Position numbers and translations under genes: made by a program. A model generated the notes under the pieces. That model saw only the letters and a list, made by a program, of their open reading frames with translations. It did not search any database and was not told where the DNA came from. This document shows, in pieces, positions 39,026 through 47,607 of a DNA stretch of 50,458 nt (the first letter of the stretch is position 1; each line of letters begins with the position of its first letter). Source of the DNA: a virus (Duplodnaviria; Caudoviricetes); the IMG/VR virus record IMGVR_UViG_3300027985_001270, positions 1 to 50,458 of that record; one strand, 5' to 3'.

Positions 39026-39480
39026 TGAAACACACCTTCATGCTACCAATAAAAGGCTTTTCGATTAATTCCTTTTATACTGCAAATAGGAGATTTAAAA
39101 CTTCTGCTGCACGAGAATGGACTATTACTGTACAGCATTTTTTAAAGGATTCTAAAATACAAAAAAAATTAGAAAATTTAAGAGATTATTTTAATCCTCA
39201 AAAACATGTATTTGAAATAACCTTAAAATTTTATTATCCAAAAAATAAATTATTTTCTAGTACTGGAGGGATAAGTTCCAAATCTTTTGATTGTTCTAAC
39301 GTAGAAAAGCCATTAATAGATATATTATTTTTGCCAAAATATTTTGAAGAGACTCCAAACTTAAATATAGATGATAAATATATTGTTAAATTGCTTTCAG
39401 AGAAAAAAATATCTAGAGACAATAAATCCTATTATATAGAGATAGAGATAGTAATCAAGGATTTTTCTTTAGATTCTTGA
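39025..39480 (+). CDS. rusA: RusA-like Holliday junction resolvase
   Basis: SIN..Y, DCSNVEKPLIDIL, DDKYI motifs. Confidence 0.7.
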   Translation: MKHTFMLPIKGFSINSFYTANRRFKTSAAREWTITVQHFLKDSKIQKKLENLRDYFNPQKHVFEITLKFYYPKNKLFSSTGGISSKSFDCSNVEKPLIDILFLPKYFEETPNLNIDDKYIVKLLSEKKISRDNKSYYIEIEIVIKDFSLDS

Positions 39481-39925
39481 ATTTAGTAAGATATGATATA
39501 GCATTATTTAATATATCAATATTATCAGAAAAACTACCTAAAGCTGTATTACATTTTCTACACAATAAGCCTCTAACTTGTCCAGTAACATGATCGTGAT
39601 CTACATTAGGAGTGCCATTAAGTTCTCTGCCACATATGCCACATTTACCATCTTGTAAAAGAAATAGATTATCTTGAGTTTCTAAGTCAATATTATACTT
39701 TCTTTTTATAAGTGCATTTCTTCTTTTTTTGATGTTATTTTTCACATAATTCTTTTCATATTCTTTTCTATACTCCTTATGATCAGCAACCCATTTTTTC
39801 GTCTTCTCTATATCGCATTTCTTACAACATCCACTATTTATTTTTTGTCTAGATACAGACCAATTATCATCAGTTAAAGATATACCACAGATTAAACAAT
39901 TTGTTTTTTTATCTCCTCTAGCCAT
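39455..39925 (-). mobile_element. endonuclease VII-type HNH (homing) endonuclease
   Basis: QDGKCGIC...VDHDHVTGQVRGLLCRKCNTALG. Confidence 0.9.
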
Positions 39926-40476
39926 TATAAAACCTCTAGATCTATAGAACCTAACTCATCTAAATATAAAGCTACTTTAGAATGTCTATAACTCGGAACC
40001 TTACACTCTCCCCACAACCCATTAATAACAATATCTCTAACCTTACACGTACCCATTATCTCTACTTCTTTACTATTCACTTTTACAAAAACAAAATAAT
40101 CCTTATCAGTAGGTTCTTTAACAATCCTGTCACTTCTTTGTAGTAACCAAGAAGCACCATACTTCTTAAAAGACTTTAAAGATTGAGATTTAACATGAAT
40201 AGAATAGTCAGCATTACTTAAATCGGCAGCAAAGCTTTTCCTCTTAGTTTCATAAATATTTAAATCTGGTTCACTCACCTTAATGCCTTTAGTAAGTAAA
40301 TAAGAATGCGCTCCCCACTCTCCTAGTGTACCAATAAGACAATCTTCAATCATCTTATTCCTATTTTGCTCACCACGATAAGCATATAAACCAGAGCTCC
40401 CCTCTATCCTTTTATGAGCAAATTCTAAACATTTATTATAAATCTCATCGCTTATTGTAAAAATCATTATTTCCAC
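39925..40476 (-). CDS. PD-(D/E)XK-like restriction-fold protein
   Basis: GTLGE.....ADL.....IHVKSQ pattern. Confidence 0.45.
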   Translation of the reverse strand: MEIMIFTISDEIYNKCLEFAHKRIEGSSGLYAYRGEQNRNKMIEDCLIGTLGEWGAHSYLLTKGIKVSEPDLNIYETKRKSFAADLSNADYSIHVKSQSLKSFKKYGASWLLQRSDRIVKEPTDKDYFVFVKVNSKEVEIMGTCKVRDIVINGLWGECKVPSYRHSKVALYLDELGSIDLEVL

Positions 40477-41144
40477 GCCTTTTCTGCTAGTAAATTAACA
40501 GGATGATTTAAATCTGTATAATAAGTATTAAAAACCTTCTTCCAAGATCCAAACTTAGGGTGTAAATTAATTATAACAGAACATAACATATAAAGCAATC
40601 TAAAAGGTAAAGAGTTATACTTACTCCAATATCTAACAAATAATAAAATCTTTCCTGTACTTCCACTATTAAACATACTTATAATATTCATTAAAGCAAA
40701 TAAAGGAAATAGTAACCAACAAATAATATTGTTATTTAAAATTCCATAATAAATCAAATCCCTAGGATGCCTCCAAAATCGCTCACCATTAGGCTCTAAA
40801 TTATTATACCCTAATTTCTGTCTTTTTATCTCCTTCCACACTTCTTTATGTAAAGTGCATCCATATAAATAAGAAGCTCCCATCATAGCCGTTAAAGTAT
40901 CATGACTAAGCATTTGATCATCTAACGGCAATGTAGTATCGGCAGTAGGATGATCTTTATATAAACCTTCACCAATTTTATTCTTAATCAGTAAAGCATT
41001 AAGGAAATTAACCTCAACAGAAGGATCATAATCGCCAACCATGTGAGTCAATAAAATATATTCATAAGTAAAAAGCATGCTATTCTCAGCATACTCTTCT
41101 CCATCCCTCGTATTTAATAAACCATTACTATCCCAACAAGACAT
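40467..41144 (-). CDS. hypothetical protein with a hydrophobic segment
   Basis: GAGG RBS; no family recognised. Confidence 0.6.
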   Translation of the reverse strand: MSCWDSNGLLNTRDGEEYAENSMLFTYEYILLTHMVGDYDPSVEVNFLNALLIKNKIGEGLYKDHPTADTTLPLDDQMLSHDTLTAMMGASYLYGCTLHKEVWKEIKRQKLGYNNLEPNGERFWRHPRDLIYYGILNNNIICWLLFPLFALMNIISMFNSGSTGKILLFVRYWSKYNSLPFRLLYMLCSVIINLHPKFGSWKKVFNTYYTDLNHPVNLLAEKAWK

Positions 41145-41151
41145 ATAAACC

Positions 41152-41238
41152 TCACTTTTTCATGATTACAACAAATATTGCAACAACTATTACCGCTAAA
41201 CCCAAAGCTACTAAATAATCTACACCTGTTAATTCCAT
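41152..41238 (-). CDS. 28-aa single-TM peptide, not in ORF track
   Basis: MELTGVDYLVALGLAVIVVAIFVVIMKK*; AAGGAGG RBS. Confidence 0.65.
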   Translation of the reverse strand: MELTGVDYLVALGLAVIVVAIFVVIMKK

Positions 41239-41249
41239 TTTAAACCTCC

Positions 41250-41345
41250 TTAAAATTCATTCTTAAACAAAAAATAAAGTACAGTAAAATTTATAATTCC
41301 TACTATTAAAACCACAAGTAAATCAGTACTAGAAATTGCTCCCAC
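41250..41345 (-). CDS. 31-aa single-TM peptide (GTG start), not in ORF track
   Basis: MGAISSTDLLVVLIVGIINFTVLYFLFKNEF*; GGAGG RBS; abuts the upstream stop. Confidence 0.55.
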   Translation of the reverse strand: MGAISSTDLLVVLIVGIINFTVLYFLFKNEF

Positions 41346-42242
41346 TTAAGCCTCCATCTCTGTTAAACGTTTGCTAGTCATATTTAAATCTACAACCAAA
41401 TCTCTTGATTCTACAAACACACTTAACGAACTTAAAACCTGCTCAATAGCACTTGAAGTTGAGAATAATGTACCAAGCAATATAGTATGATTTAGAAAAC
41501 TTGGCACCAACATACAATAAGGAAATATCACACTGATCTGTCCATAGAAACTAGTATACCACGACAAATACTTCTGACGCAAGGCTAATTCTTGCCAGTT
41601 TGCAATTATATATTTAAGACTCGGCAGCTCCAACCGTAACCCATTATTATAAACAATAATATCTCTTCTTAATTCAGCCTCTAAACTCTCTTGATGATAC
41701 TCTGCTACAATCAACTTATTAGCAACTCTCTTAGACAGTAAAGTACCCGCAATCGCATAAACTAACACAGCTACAAGCATCCACCACTTAGCTACCGCAG
41801 CCAGTATACACAAAAACACAGGTAATCTAACTGAAGAGTCTAAAATAGCCTTAACCAATGCAATAGAGGTCTTAGCAAAGCGTAAAGGGTCATCTTGTAC
41901 GCGCTGTTCTACCACACTCACACCCTCTTTATGCTTATCTCTGGACTTTAAAATATACTTGTTAAATAAAAACTGTCTAACACCAAACTCTAAATACCTT
42001 GTATAAAAAGAAGTTAATCCATATATAAGAACATGAATAAGAGCTAGTCCAGTAAATATAGCAAGACCTAAATAAATCTTAGGAGCATCATACTGCTGTA
42101 TAGAATTGTAAAAAAATTCTCGCCATTTCAGAAAGCAGGTAGACATGCCGATCATTATCAACACTCCCCCAAATACTATCCCTGTTAATTTCTTATTCTC
42201 TCTTAAAGCCGGAAATAGTAATTTTAAAGCTGCTAAATACAT
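41346..42242 (-). CDS. SbmA/BacA- or ABCD/YddA-type transporter membrane domain lacking an NBD
   Basis: W...FYNS.Q.YD, EQRVQDD..RF, EAELR and multiple TM helices match the ABC_membrane_2/SbmA pattern; no Walker motifs. Confidence 0.75.
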   Translation of the reverse strand: MYLAALKLLFPALRENKKLTGIVFGGVLIMIGMSTCFLKWREFFYNSIQQYDAPKIYLGLAIFTGLALIHVLIYGLTSFYTRYLEFGVRQFLFNKYILKSRDKHKEGVSVVEQRVQDDPLRFAKTSIALVKAILDSSVRLPVFLCILAAVAKWWMLVAVLVYAIAGTLLSKRVANKLIVAEYHQESLEAELRRDIIVYNNGLRLELPSLKYIIANWQELALRQKYLSWYTSFYGQISVIFPYCMLVPSFLNHTILLGTLFSTSSAIEQVLSSLSVFVESRDLVVDLNMTSKRLTEMEA

Positions 42243-42817
42243 TTGGACTCCTTGTATTTAAATATATAATTCCTATAATATTTACATATACCTTTTAAAC
42301 ATTTATAAATCATCTTTCTACCTAAACCTAAAGACCTGCAACAATCTCGCTGATTAATCCATTCTCCCACAAGTTCTCCGGTATGTCTATTAAAAACTTG
42401 AAAGAGTTTTCCTCCTTTAAGTATAGATAATTTTAATTTGCTTTCTGGTAATTTCATAGGATTATACTCGGGATGTTCTTTTCTATATTTTTTCTGAGCT
42501 ATAGAGTTATGTAATTTAGATTCTGGAGTCCCAAGTGCCCCCTCCCCTCCCATTGTATAGTTACATTCACAATATCCTAAATTTTTGTAATGTGAAATCC
42601 AATATTCTTCTCTATCTAAAGCTTCTTTATTAGTAGAAACAACTTCAATAATTTCTACTCTATAGCCTATACAATTAGCAACATTATGCCAATGTCTATT
42701 TCTAGTACGAGAACTTTCACTCCAAGCTCTATAATCAGTACCTTTCCCTACATAGAAAGGTTTTTCTGAATCGTCCCTGTCCAATCTAATATGCTTATAG
42801 GTATAGAAAACTTTCAT
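42233..42817 (-). mobile_element. GIY-YIG homing endonuclease with NUMOD-like tail
   Basis: FYTYKH...PFYVGKG...RA, E..WI, N.T.GGEG; C-terminal HTH-like CCRSLGL. Confidence 0.8.
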
Positions 42818-43209
42818 CTCTTAATGACCTTATTAATAACATCGCCAACAACTCCAGCACTTTTTTCCAATGAGCGACCTCCAACAAATCCTACTAAGAA
42901 CCACTGAGCTAGTTCATAGAATTTCTCATTAGGATGTGCTATATCAAAGGAAGCTGCCAATATAATTCCTACTATAACAACTGAACAAACAGGTCTCCAA
43001 ATTGCCGTGATTATATGCGGAGAATTAGCCTCAACTTCCTGAAGCTTAACTTTCTCCTTTTCTAAATCAATCATTTTTGATTCTACATCTGCTTTAATTT
43101 TTGCAAGAGCATTCTCTAAAGCCATCCGATCAGCATCGCTGGTATGTAAATTTTTAACAATTTCCACAGCTGGTGAAAATAGGCTTGAAATCCACTGTAA
43201 AATGGGCAT
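42814..43209 (-). CDS. 3TM-type holin
   Basis: EANS......WRP, GFVGGRSLEK. Confidence 0.8.
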   Translation of the reverse strand: MPILQWISSLFSPAVEIVKNLHTSDADRMALENALAKIKADVESKMIDLEKEKVKLQEVEANSPHIITAIWRPVCSVVIVGIILAASFDIAHPNEKFYELAQWFLVGFVGGRSLEKSAGVVGDVINKVIKR

Positions 43210-43427
43210 AAAAACCTCCTAAACTTGAAATAAAATAAAATTAATAAAAATATTATATTAGCTGCAAAGTTTATAATCAATGGTAACTGTCCACTGGTTT
43301 CAGTGATATAAATTAAGGTTAGTACTTCTCCCATCATCCACGATATCAACATTCCTAAAGATAATTTACAAGTCTTAGTTTTAAAAGCAACAATAACTTC
43401 AGGAATAGCACATACAGCATAACACAC
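43116..43427 (-). CDS. PQ-loop / SemiSWEET-like small transporter (true start probably ~45 nt upstream)
   Basis: In-frame upstream IEFIGWLGN, then CAIPEV...KTK...LS..ML..W..GE...LIY...PLIINF.AN. Confidence 0.75.
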   Translation of the reverse strand: MCYAVCAIPEVIVAFKTKTCKLSLGMLISWMMGEVLTLIYITETSGQLPLIINFAANIIFLLILFYFKFRRFLCPFYSGFQAYFHQLWKLLKIYIPAMLIGWL

Positions 43428-43492
43428 ATTTCCTAACCATCCAATAAATTCTATATAATTAGTACTTTTGATTGCCCTCCTTGTTACTATTT

Positions 43493-43521
43493 AATATAAC
43501 ATATTTTCCTACCCATGTCCA
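43493..43521 (-). promoter_or_regulatory. sigma70-type promoter of the transporter/holin operon
   Basis: TGGACA-17-TATATT with TG. Confidence 0.55.
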
Positions 43522-43599
43522 CTCCTAAAATGAATCTACTAACCAACAAAATAATAAATATAAACAAAATAATCCAATAAACGCTTCCACATACCCCTC

Positions 43600-45840
43600 T
43601 TAATGTCCATCAGCAAAATTTGTTGCAATCTGTGCTGGAGCCTTAAGCTCAATTGATAGTTTATAAGTATTTTCCATTAATTCCTGAACTTTTAATCTAA
43701 CTTCTTCCGCTCTAGAGTCCTCAACTCTAATAACTAACTGGTCATGGATCTGGGCACACACATATCCATCTATTTTATTTGCATCTAACCACTCCTGAAT
43801 AGCAATAGCTGCCCTATTAACAATTGACGCACTTAAAGATTGAATCTGAAAATTACGAGCATTATTAATTGCATTTTTAAACCTATTTCTTAACTCTTTC
43901 ATTTCTGTATATCTATCAGTGCCATGAAACTCCTTCCATAAATACAAGGTATCTAATAGTTTATCACCATAAGCATCATATAACTTCTTAGCATCTTTTA
44001 AGTGTCTAACCCTACCAGCCTGGGATTTTATATAACCATTCTTTTTTACAAACTCTGCACTGCTATCATACCATTTTTTTAATTCGGGAAATCCTTTAAA
44101 ATATCCATTAAATAAAATCTGTGCCTCTTCCTCAGATACATTAATACTTTTAGCAAGTGCATAACTACTCATTCCGTACGGGATACCTAAACTATAAGCC
44201 TTCGCTTTCTGCCTTCCTGTTTTATTAACCTTACCTAAGTAATTATCAGCCTTCTTATCAGCACTAACATCTTTTAATCCCTCTGTTAAAATAGCAATAG
44301 TAGAATAAAAATCATGTCCATGTCTAAAAATATCTTTAAGACCTTCATCCCCTGAAACATGTGCAAACACATGAGGCTCTAGGGATTCATAGTCATTGTC
44401 AATAAATTTAAATCCATCTCCAGAAAGAAAGAAATGTCTAATAATATTCGTATACTTAAAAACTCTAGAATCTACAGAATCTCTTTGACTCTCCTCAAAA
44501 GGTCTACTCAACTGTTGTAAATCTGATCCATATCGCCCACTTATAGTTCCATGCTGTTTAAACTCAGGATAGAAAATTCCATCTTCCTGCTCATTTAAAA
44601 ATCTCTCAATATAAGTACCTCTAATTTTTATTAACTTATTATAAATCTGCAAATCCTTAACCCAATCATACTTATTTGCCATTAAGGTTAGAAAATCATC
44701 ATCCACTTGTGGATTGCCTTTATCAGTAGTATTCAAAGGCTCCTCTTTCAATCCCTTCTCAAAAAATAACCGTTTTAAATGGTGTTTAGAACTCAAATTA
44801 AATGGATACTTTACACCACTTCTATTTAATAATAGACGCTGAATATCCCTAATCCCCTTAATGTCTAATAAACCATCTCCCTTCAAAAAGTTAGAAAACT
44901 TACAATTAAAAGGTGCTAAAGTCTTCTTAGTAATACTAAACTTACCAGAAGCAGTTCTAGGTAAATCCAAACCAACATACTCTACAACTCCCTGCGCAAA
45001 CTCCCCAGATCTAGAAGCAGGATAATTCTTATCTAAGTAATAAGGCTCGAATTCAGGAATAAGTGGCTTAATAGCCTCTTGAATCTTAGCTTCAATCTCA
45101 CTAATATCAATATTAATCTCTTTTAAAGTCTTTTCAAGCAGTGAAACATCAACAGGCACTCCCCTTGATTGCATCACTCTGGTCACTTTTTTATAAAGAG
45201 GCATAACCTCCTCATCAAAGAAAAAGGACTCTAAACCTTCACTATTTAAAATACGACTATAATACTTAAACACCTTAATAGTTAATTCGCAGTCCTTAGC
45301 ACAATATAATCCCATCAAATCAGTATCAGCCTTATAAAACTCAGAAACAGTTCCACCATTAGCCTTAATACTCTCCTTCATAGCCTGCTGCTCTTCAAGC
45401 TCACTTACTCCCCAAAGTATTTTTGCAATCTGCTTCAAACCAAAAGGCTGCTCTTCACTTACAGTATGTTTAAGCATAATCGTATCTGCATACAGATCAT
45501 TCCACAAATCAACACCAAAATTATTCTTAATCATTTCTAAGTCAAAGTAGCTATTATGCGCTATTAAGCACTGTCCCTGTAAAGCCTGTACAAGTTTTAA
45601 GGCATAGGAAGCCATTGGAGTCTCAACCAACTTCTCCCCATCCCAACTCAATATAGGTAGGTAAAAGGAATCTAAAAACTCATTAGACACCCCAATACCA
45701 ATTACCCTATCTTTACGTGTATTTAATCCTGTAGTTTCTGTATCGAACGCCAGTACACAACCACGCTTAATAATTGATACTGCCTTGGTCCAATCAGAGT
45801 AATCTTTAATAATCATACTACCTCTATTTACTTTTACCAA
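43600..45840 (-). CDS. polA: DNA polymerase family A with 3'-5' exonuclease (likely start ATG 45816)
   Basis: DTETTG, HNSYFD, YCAKD exo motifs; DYESLE, RQKAKAYSLGIPYG, NFQIQS, QIHD pol motifs. Confidence 0.95.
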   Translation of the reverse strand: MVKVNRGSMIIKDYSDWTKAVSIIKRGCVLAFDTETTGLNTRKDRVIGIGVSNEFLDSFYLPILSWDGEKLVETPMASYALKLVQALQGQCLIAHNSYFDLEMIKNNFGVDLWNDLYADTIMLKHTVSEEQPFGLKQIAKILWGVSELEEQQAMKESIKANGGTVSEFYKADTDLMGLYCAKDCELTIKVFKYYSRILNSEGLESFFFDEEVMPLYKKVTRVMQSRGVPVDVSLLEKTLKEINIDISEIEAKIQEAIKPLIPEFEPYYLDKNYPASRSGEFAQGVVEYVGLDLPRTASGKFSITKKTLAPFNCKFSNFLKGDGLLDIKGIRDIQRLLLNRSGVKYPFNLSSKHHLKRLFFEKGLKEEPLNTTDKGNPQVDDDFLTLMANKYDWVKDLQIYNKLIKIRGTYIERFLNEQEDGIFYPEFKQHGTISGRYGSDLQQLSRPFEESQRDSVDSRVFKYTNIIRHFFLSGDGFKFIDNDYESLEPHVFAHVSGDEGLKDIFRHGHDFYSTIAILTEGLKDVSADKKADNYLGKVNKTGRQKAKAYSLGIPYGMSSYALAKSINVSEEEAQILFNGYFKGFPELKKWYDSSAEFVKKNGYIKSQAGRVRHLKDAKKLYDAYGDKLLDTLYLWKEFHGTDRYTEMKELRNRFKNAINNARNFQIQSLSASIVNRAAIAIQEWLDANKIDGYVCAQIHDQLVIRVEDSRAEEVRLKVQELMENTYKLSIELKAPAQIATNFADGH

Positions 45841-45955
45841 TAATCATCATCATTGTAACTGCAAATACCGCACTAAAGAATAACATAGGAACCTGATCAA
45901 AAGCAAGCATAATTCCAACAAACATTAAAGTTAAAGTTAAATATCCAAAGTTCAT
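45824..45955 (-). CDS. 43-aa hydrophobic peptide, not in ORF track
   Basis: MNFGYLTLTLMFVGIMLAFDQVPMLFFSAVFAVTMMMIIGKSK*; GAGGA RBS. Confidence 0.55.
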   Translation of the reverse strand: MNFGYLTLTLMFVGIMLAFDQVPMLFFSAVFAVTMMMIIGKSK

Positions 45956-46126
45956 AAATCCTCTCCCTTTAAAAGATCATTTAAACATTCTAGCTCTTCA
46001 ATAGTTAAAAACTTGCCATTCCTCTCCCATACACCACTCAAAATAGTTCCATCCTCATCTACATCTACATCTAGTACAACTAAATTATTTATACTTACAT
46101 CTACCATATTTTACTCCTTTTAATAT

Positions 46127-46155
46127 AATATATCATAAAGAAAATATAAAGTCAA
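46127..46155 (-). promoter_or_regulatory. sigma70-type promoter upstream of the polymerase cluster
   Basis: TTGACT-17-TATATT with TG. Confidence 0.65.
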
Positions 46156-46164
46156 GCCTCAAAC

Positions 46165-46196
46165 AAAAAAAGCCCGATATTTCTACCGAGCTTTTT
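46165..46196 (-). terminator. intrinsic terminator
   Basis: agctcggta / tatcgggct stem followed by a T run on the - strand. Confidence 0.7.
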
Positions 46197-46242
46197 CTAT
46201 ATTAACTTTGTACTACCTGGGGACGAGCCAGGTTTTAGGGAA

Positions 46243-46590
46243 CTAAGCTTTTAAAATATTAAACTGATGTACAATTTTTCCTTTTAGTTTACCATCTTCA
46301 ATTTTCTTTTGACCATTATAACTCACTTGAATATAATCACCCTCTTTTACCTTCTCCATCTGTTTAGCAACAGAACCACAACTATTAAGAACTACCAGAG
46401 AACCATCATCCTTCTTGATCTTAAAGTGAGGTTTGTCCTCATTGAATTTATTTGGCATTGTACCAATAAACTCTCCCTCTACTACCACACCTGTAAAATC
46501 ATCCTCCGCCAACTTACTTGGGCGAATAAACGTAATTTGTGGCATCTCATTTCCATCAAGTGACTTAAATACTCTTTTTGCTTCTGACAT
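46243..46590 (-). CDS. probable OB-fold ssDNA-binding protein
   Basis: VVEGEF.G, V.EGDYIQVSY.GQK pattern; lies between exonuclease and polymerase. Confidence 0.5.
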   Translation of the reverse strand: MSEAKRVFKSLDGNEMPQITFIRPSKLAEDDFTGVVVEGEFIGTMPNKFNEDKPHFKIKKDDGSLVVLNSCGSVAKQMEKVKEGDYIQVSYNGQKKIEDGKLKGKIVHQFNILKA

Positions 46591-46671
46591 TTGAAACTCC
46601 TTGGTTAATCTTGAGCATTAATGCTCATTTAAGACTCAGTGTACCACCACCGAGTATACTATTAAATTATA

Positions 46672-47202
46672 TCAAACTTTTTTCTTTTTGTCAATCTTAA
46701 TATTTACTTTTTTTCTTTCTGACTTCAACCAATTAGGTAACTCTTCCATACCGCTATAATTATCTATATACTCCTGCACAGACGCCATTCTAAGCTTTTC
46801 CTCTTCTTCCATAGCATCAAAATCTTCATCATTAAAAGGACATCTTGTCTCATCTTTAATCTGCTCTTCTAAAATACTATCTAAAACGTCCATCATATTA
46901 TTTCTAGATTCCATATCTTTCTGCAATATAATCGCAGCACAAGCCATAACATGAGCCATGGGATGCAGCCCAGAATCTTTATCAGCCAGCTCTCCCTTCC
47001 TATAAGCCTGCAAGTGACGCATTAAGGCTCCAATATATCTCTGATTATCTACATACTTATAATTCTCATCTCCATACTTCTCAGCTCCACCATGTAGTGC
47101 CTTAGCTAACTGCTCAAGCATTTCAGGCTTAACAAGCTCATATCTCAACTTACCTTGATCATGCTTAATACCCACCTCACTCATCTTTAACTCCCATATC
47201 AT
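46672..47202 (-). CDS. DUF5664 dATP/dGTP diphosphohydrolase-like protein
   Basis: GIKHDQGKLRYELV, GAEKYGDENY, ALMRHL, DSGLHPMAH. Confidence 0.85.
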   Translation of the reverse strand: MIWELKMSEVGIKHDQGKLRYELVKPEMLEQLAKALHGGAEKYGDENYKYVDNQRYIGALMRHLQAYRKGELADKDSGLHPMAHVMACAAIILQKDMESRNNMMDVLDSILEEQIKDETRCPFNDEDFDAMEEEEKLRMASVQEYIDNYSGMEELPNWLKSERKKVNIKIDKKKKV

Positions 47203-47380
47203 CTAGTTCATTTAAATGTATATTTTCTTCAAGTCTCTCTATTTCGTCTTTGTGCCTCTTTATCAACCTCTTAAGTAACTCATCATCTCTAAATATTCCA
47301 GGATTATTTAATACTTTTTCATACAGCCTAATAATATCCCGCAACTCCTTAATGCGACTCATCCCATCATATAGTGTCAT
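47177..47380 (-). CDS. hypothetical protein
   Basis: GGAGG RBS, colinear. Confidence 0.55.
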   Translation of the reverse strand: MTLYDGMSRIKELRDIIRLYEKVLNNPGIFRDDELLKRLIKRHKDEIERLEENIHLNELDDMGVKDE

Positions 47381-47607
47381 TTAGACCTCCTTCCACGCCC
47401 TGATTTGTTATTAACAATATCTTTAACTTTATCTTCTAAACTTCTATCACCTTCTAAATAAGCCCTAACTACTGGATGTTCCTCTCTAATCTTCTTAATA
47501 AGTTCCTCAATCCGTTTTAAGCTTCTTCTACATAAATAATCCTGCCAAGAGTACCATAACGTAGAAAATAAATATATTACAGTTAGTATGATTAGGCAGT
47601 TTAACAT
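47377..47607 (-). CDS. membrane-anchored hypothetical protein
   Basis: N-terminal TM; GGAGG RBS. Confidence 0.55.
   Translation of the reverse strand: MLNCLIILTVIYLFSTLWYSWQDYLCRRSLKRIEELIKKIREEHPVVRAYLEGDRSLEDKVKDIVNNKSGRGRRSK

Noticed and set aside
7351-39480. Stop-codon reassignment
   Set aside because: Long genes are intact under the standard code and coding density is high
10393-45840. Group I introns or inteins in terL, portal, capsid or polA
   Set aside because: All are uninterrupted and of normal length; the endonucleases are intergenic
46672-47202. 2-aminoadenine (Z-genome) pathway suggested by DUF5664 plus a nucleotidase
   Set aside because: No PurZ/adenylosuccinate synthetase-like or HD-domain dATPase gene is visible; DUF5664 alone is widespread in phages
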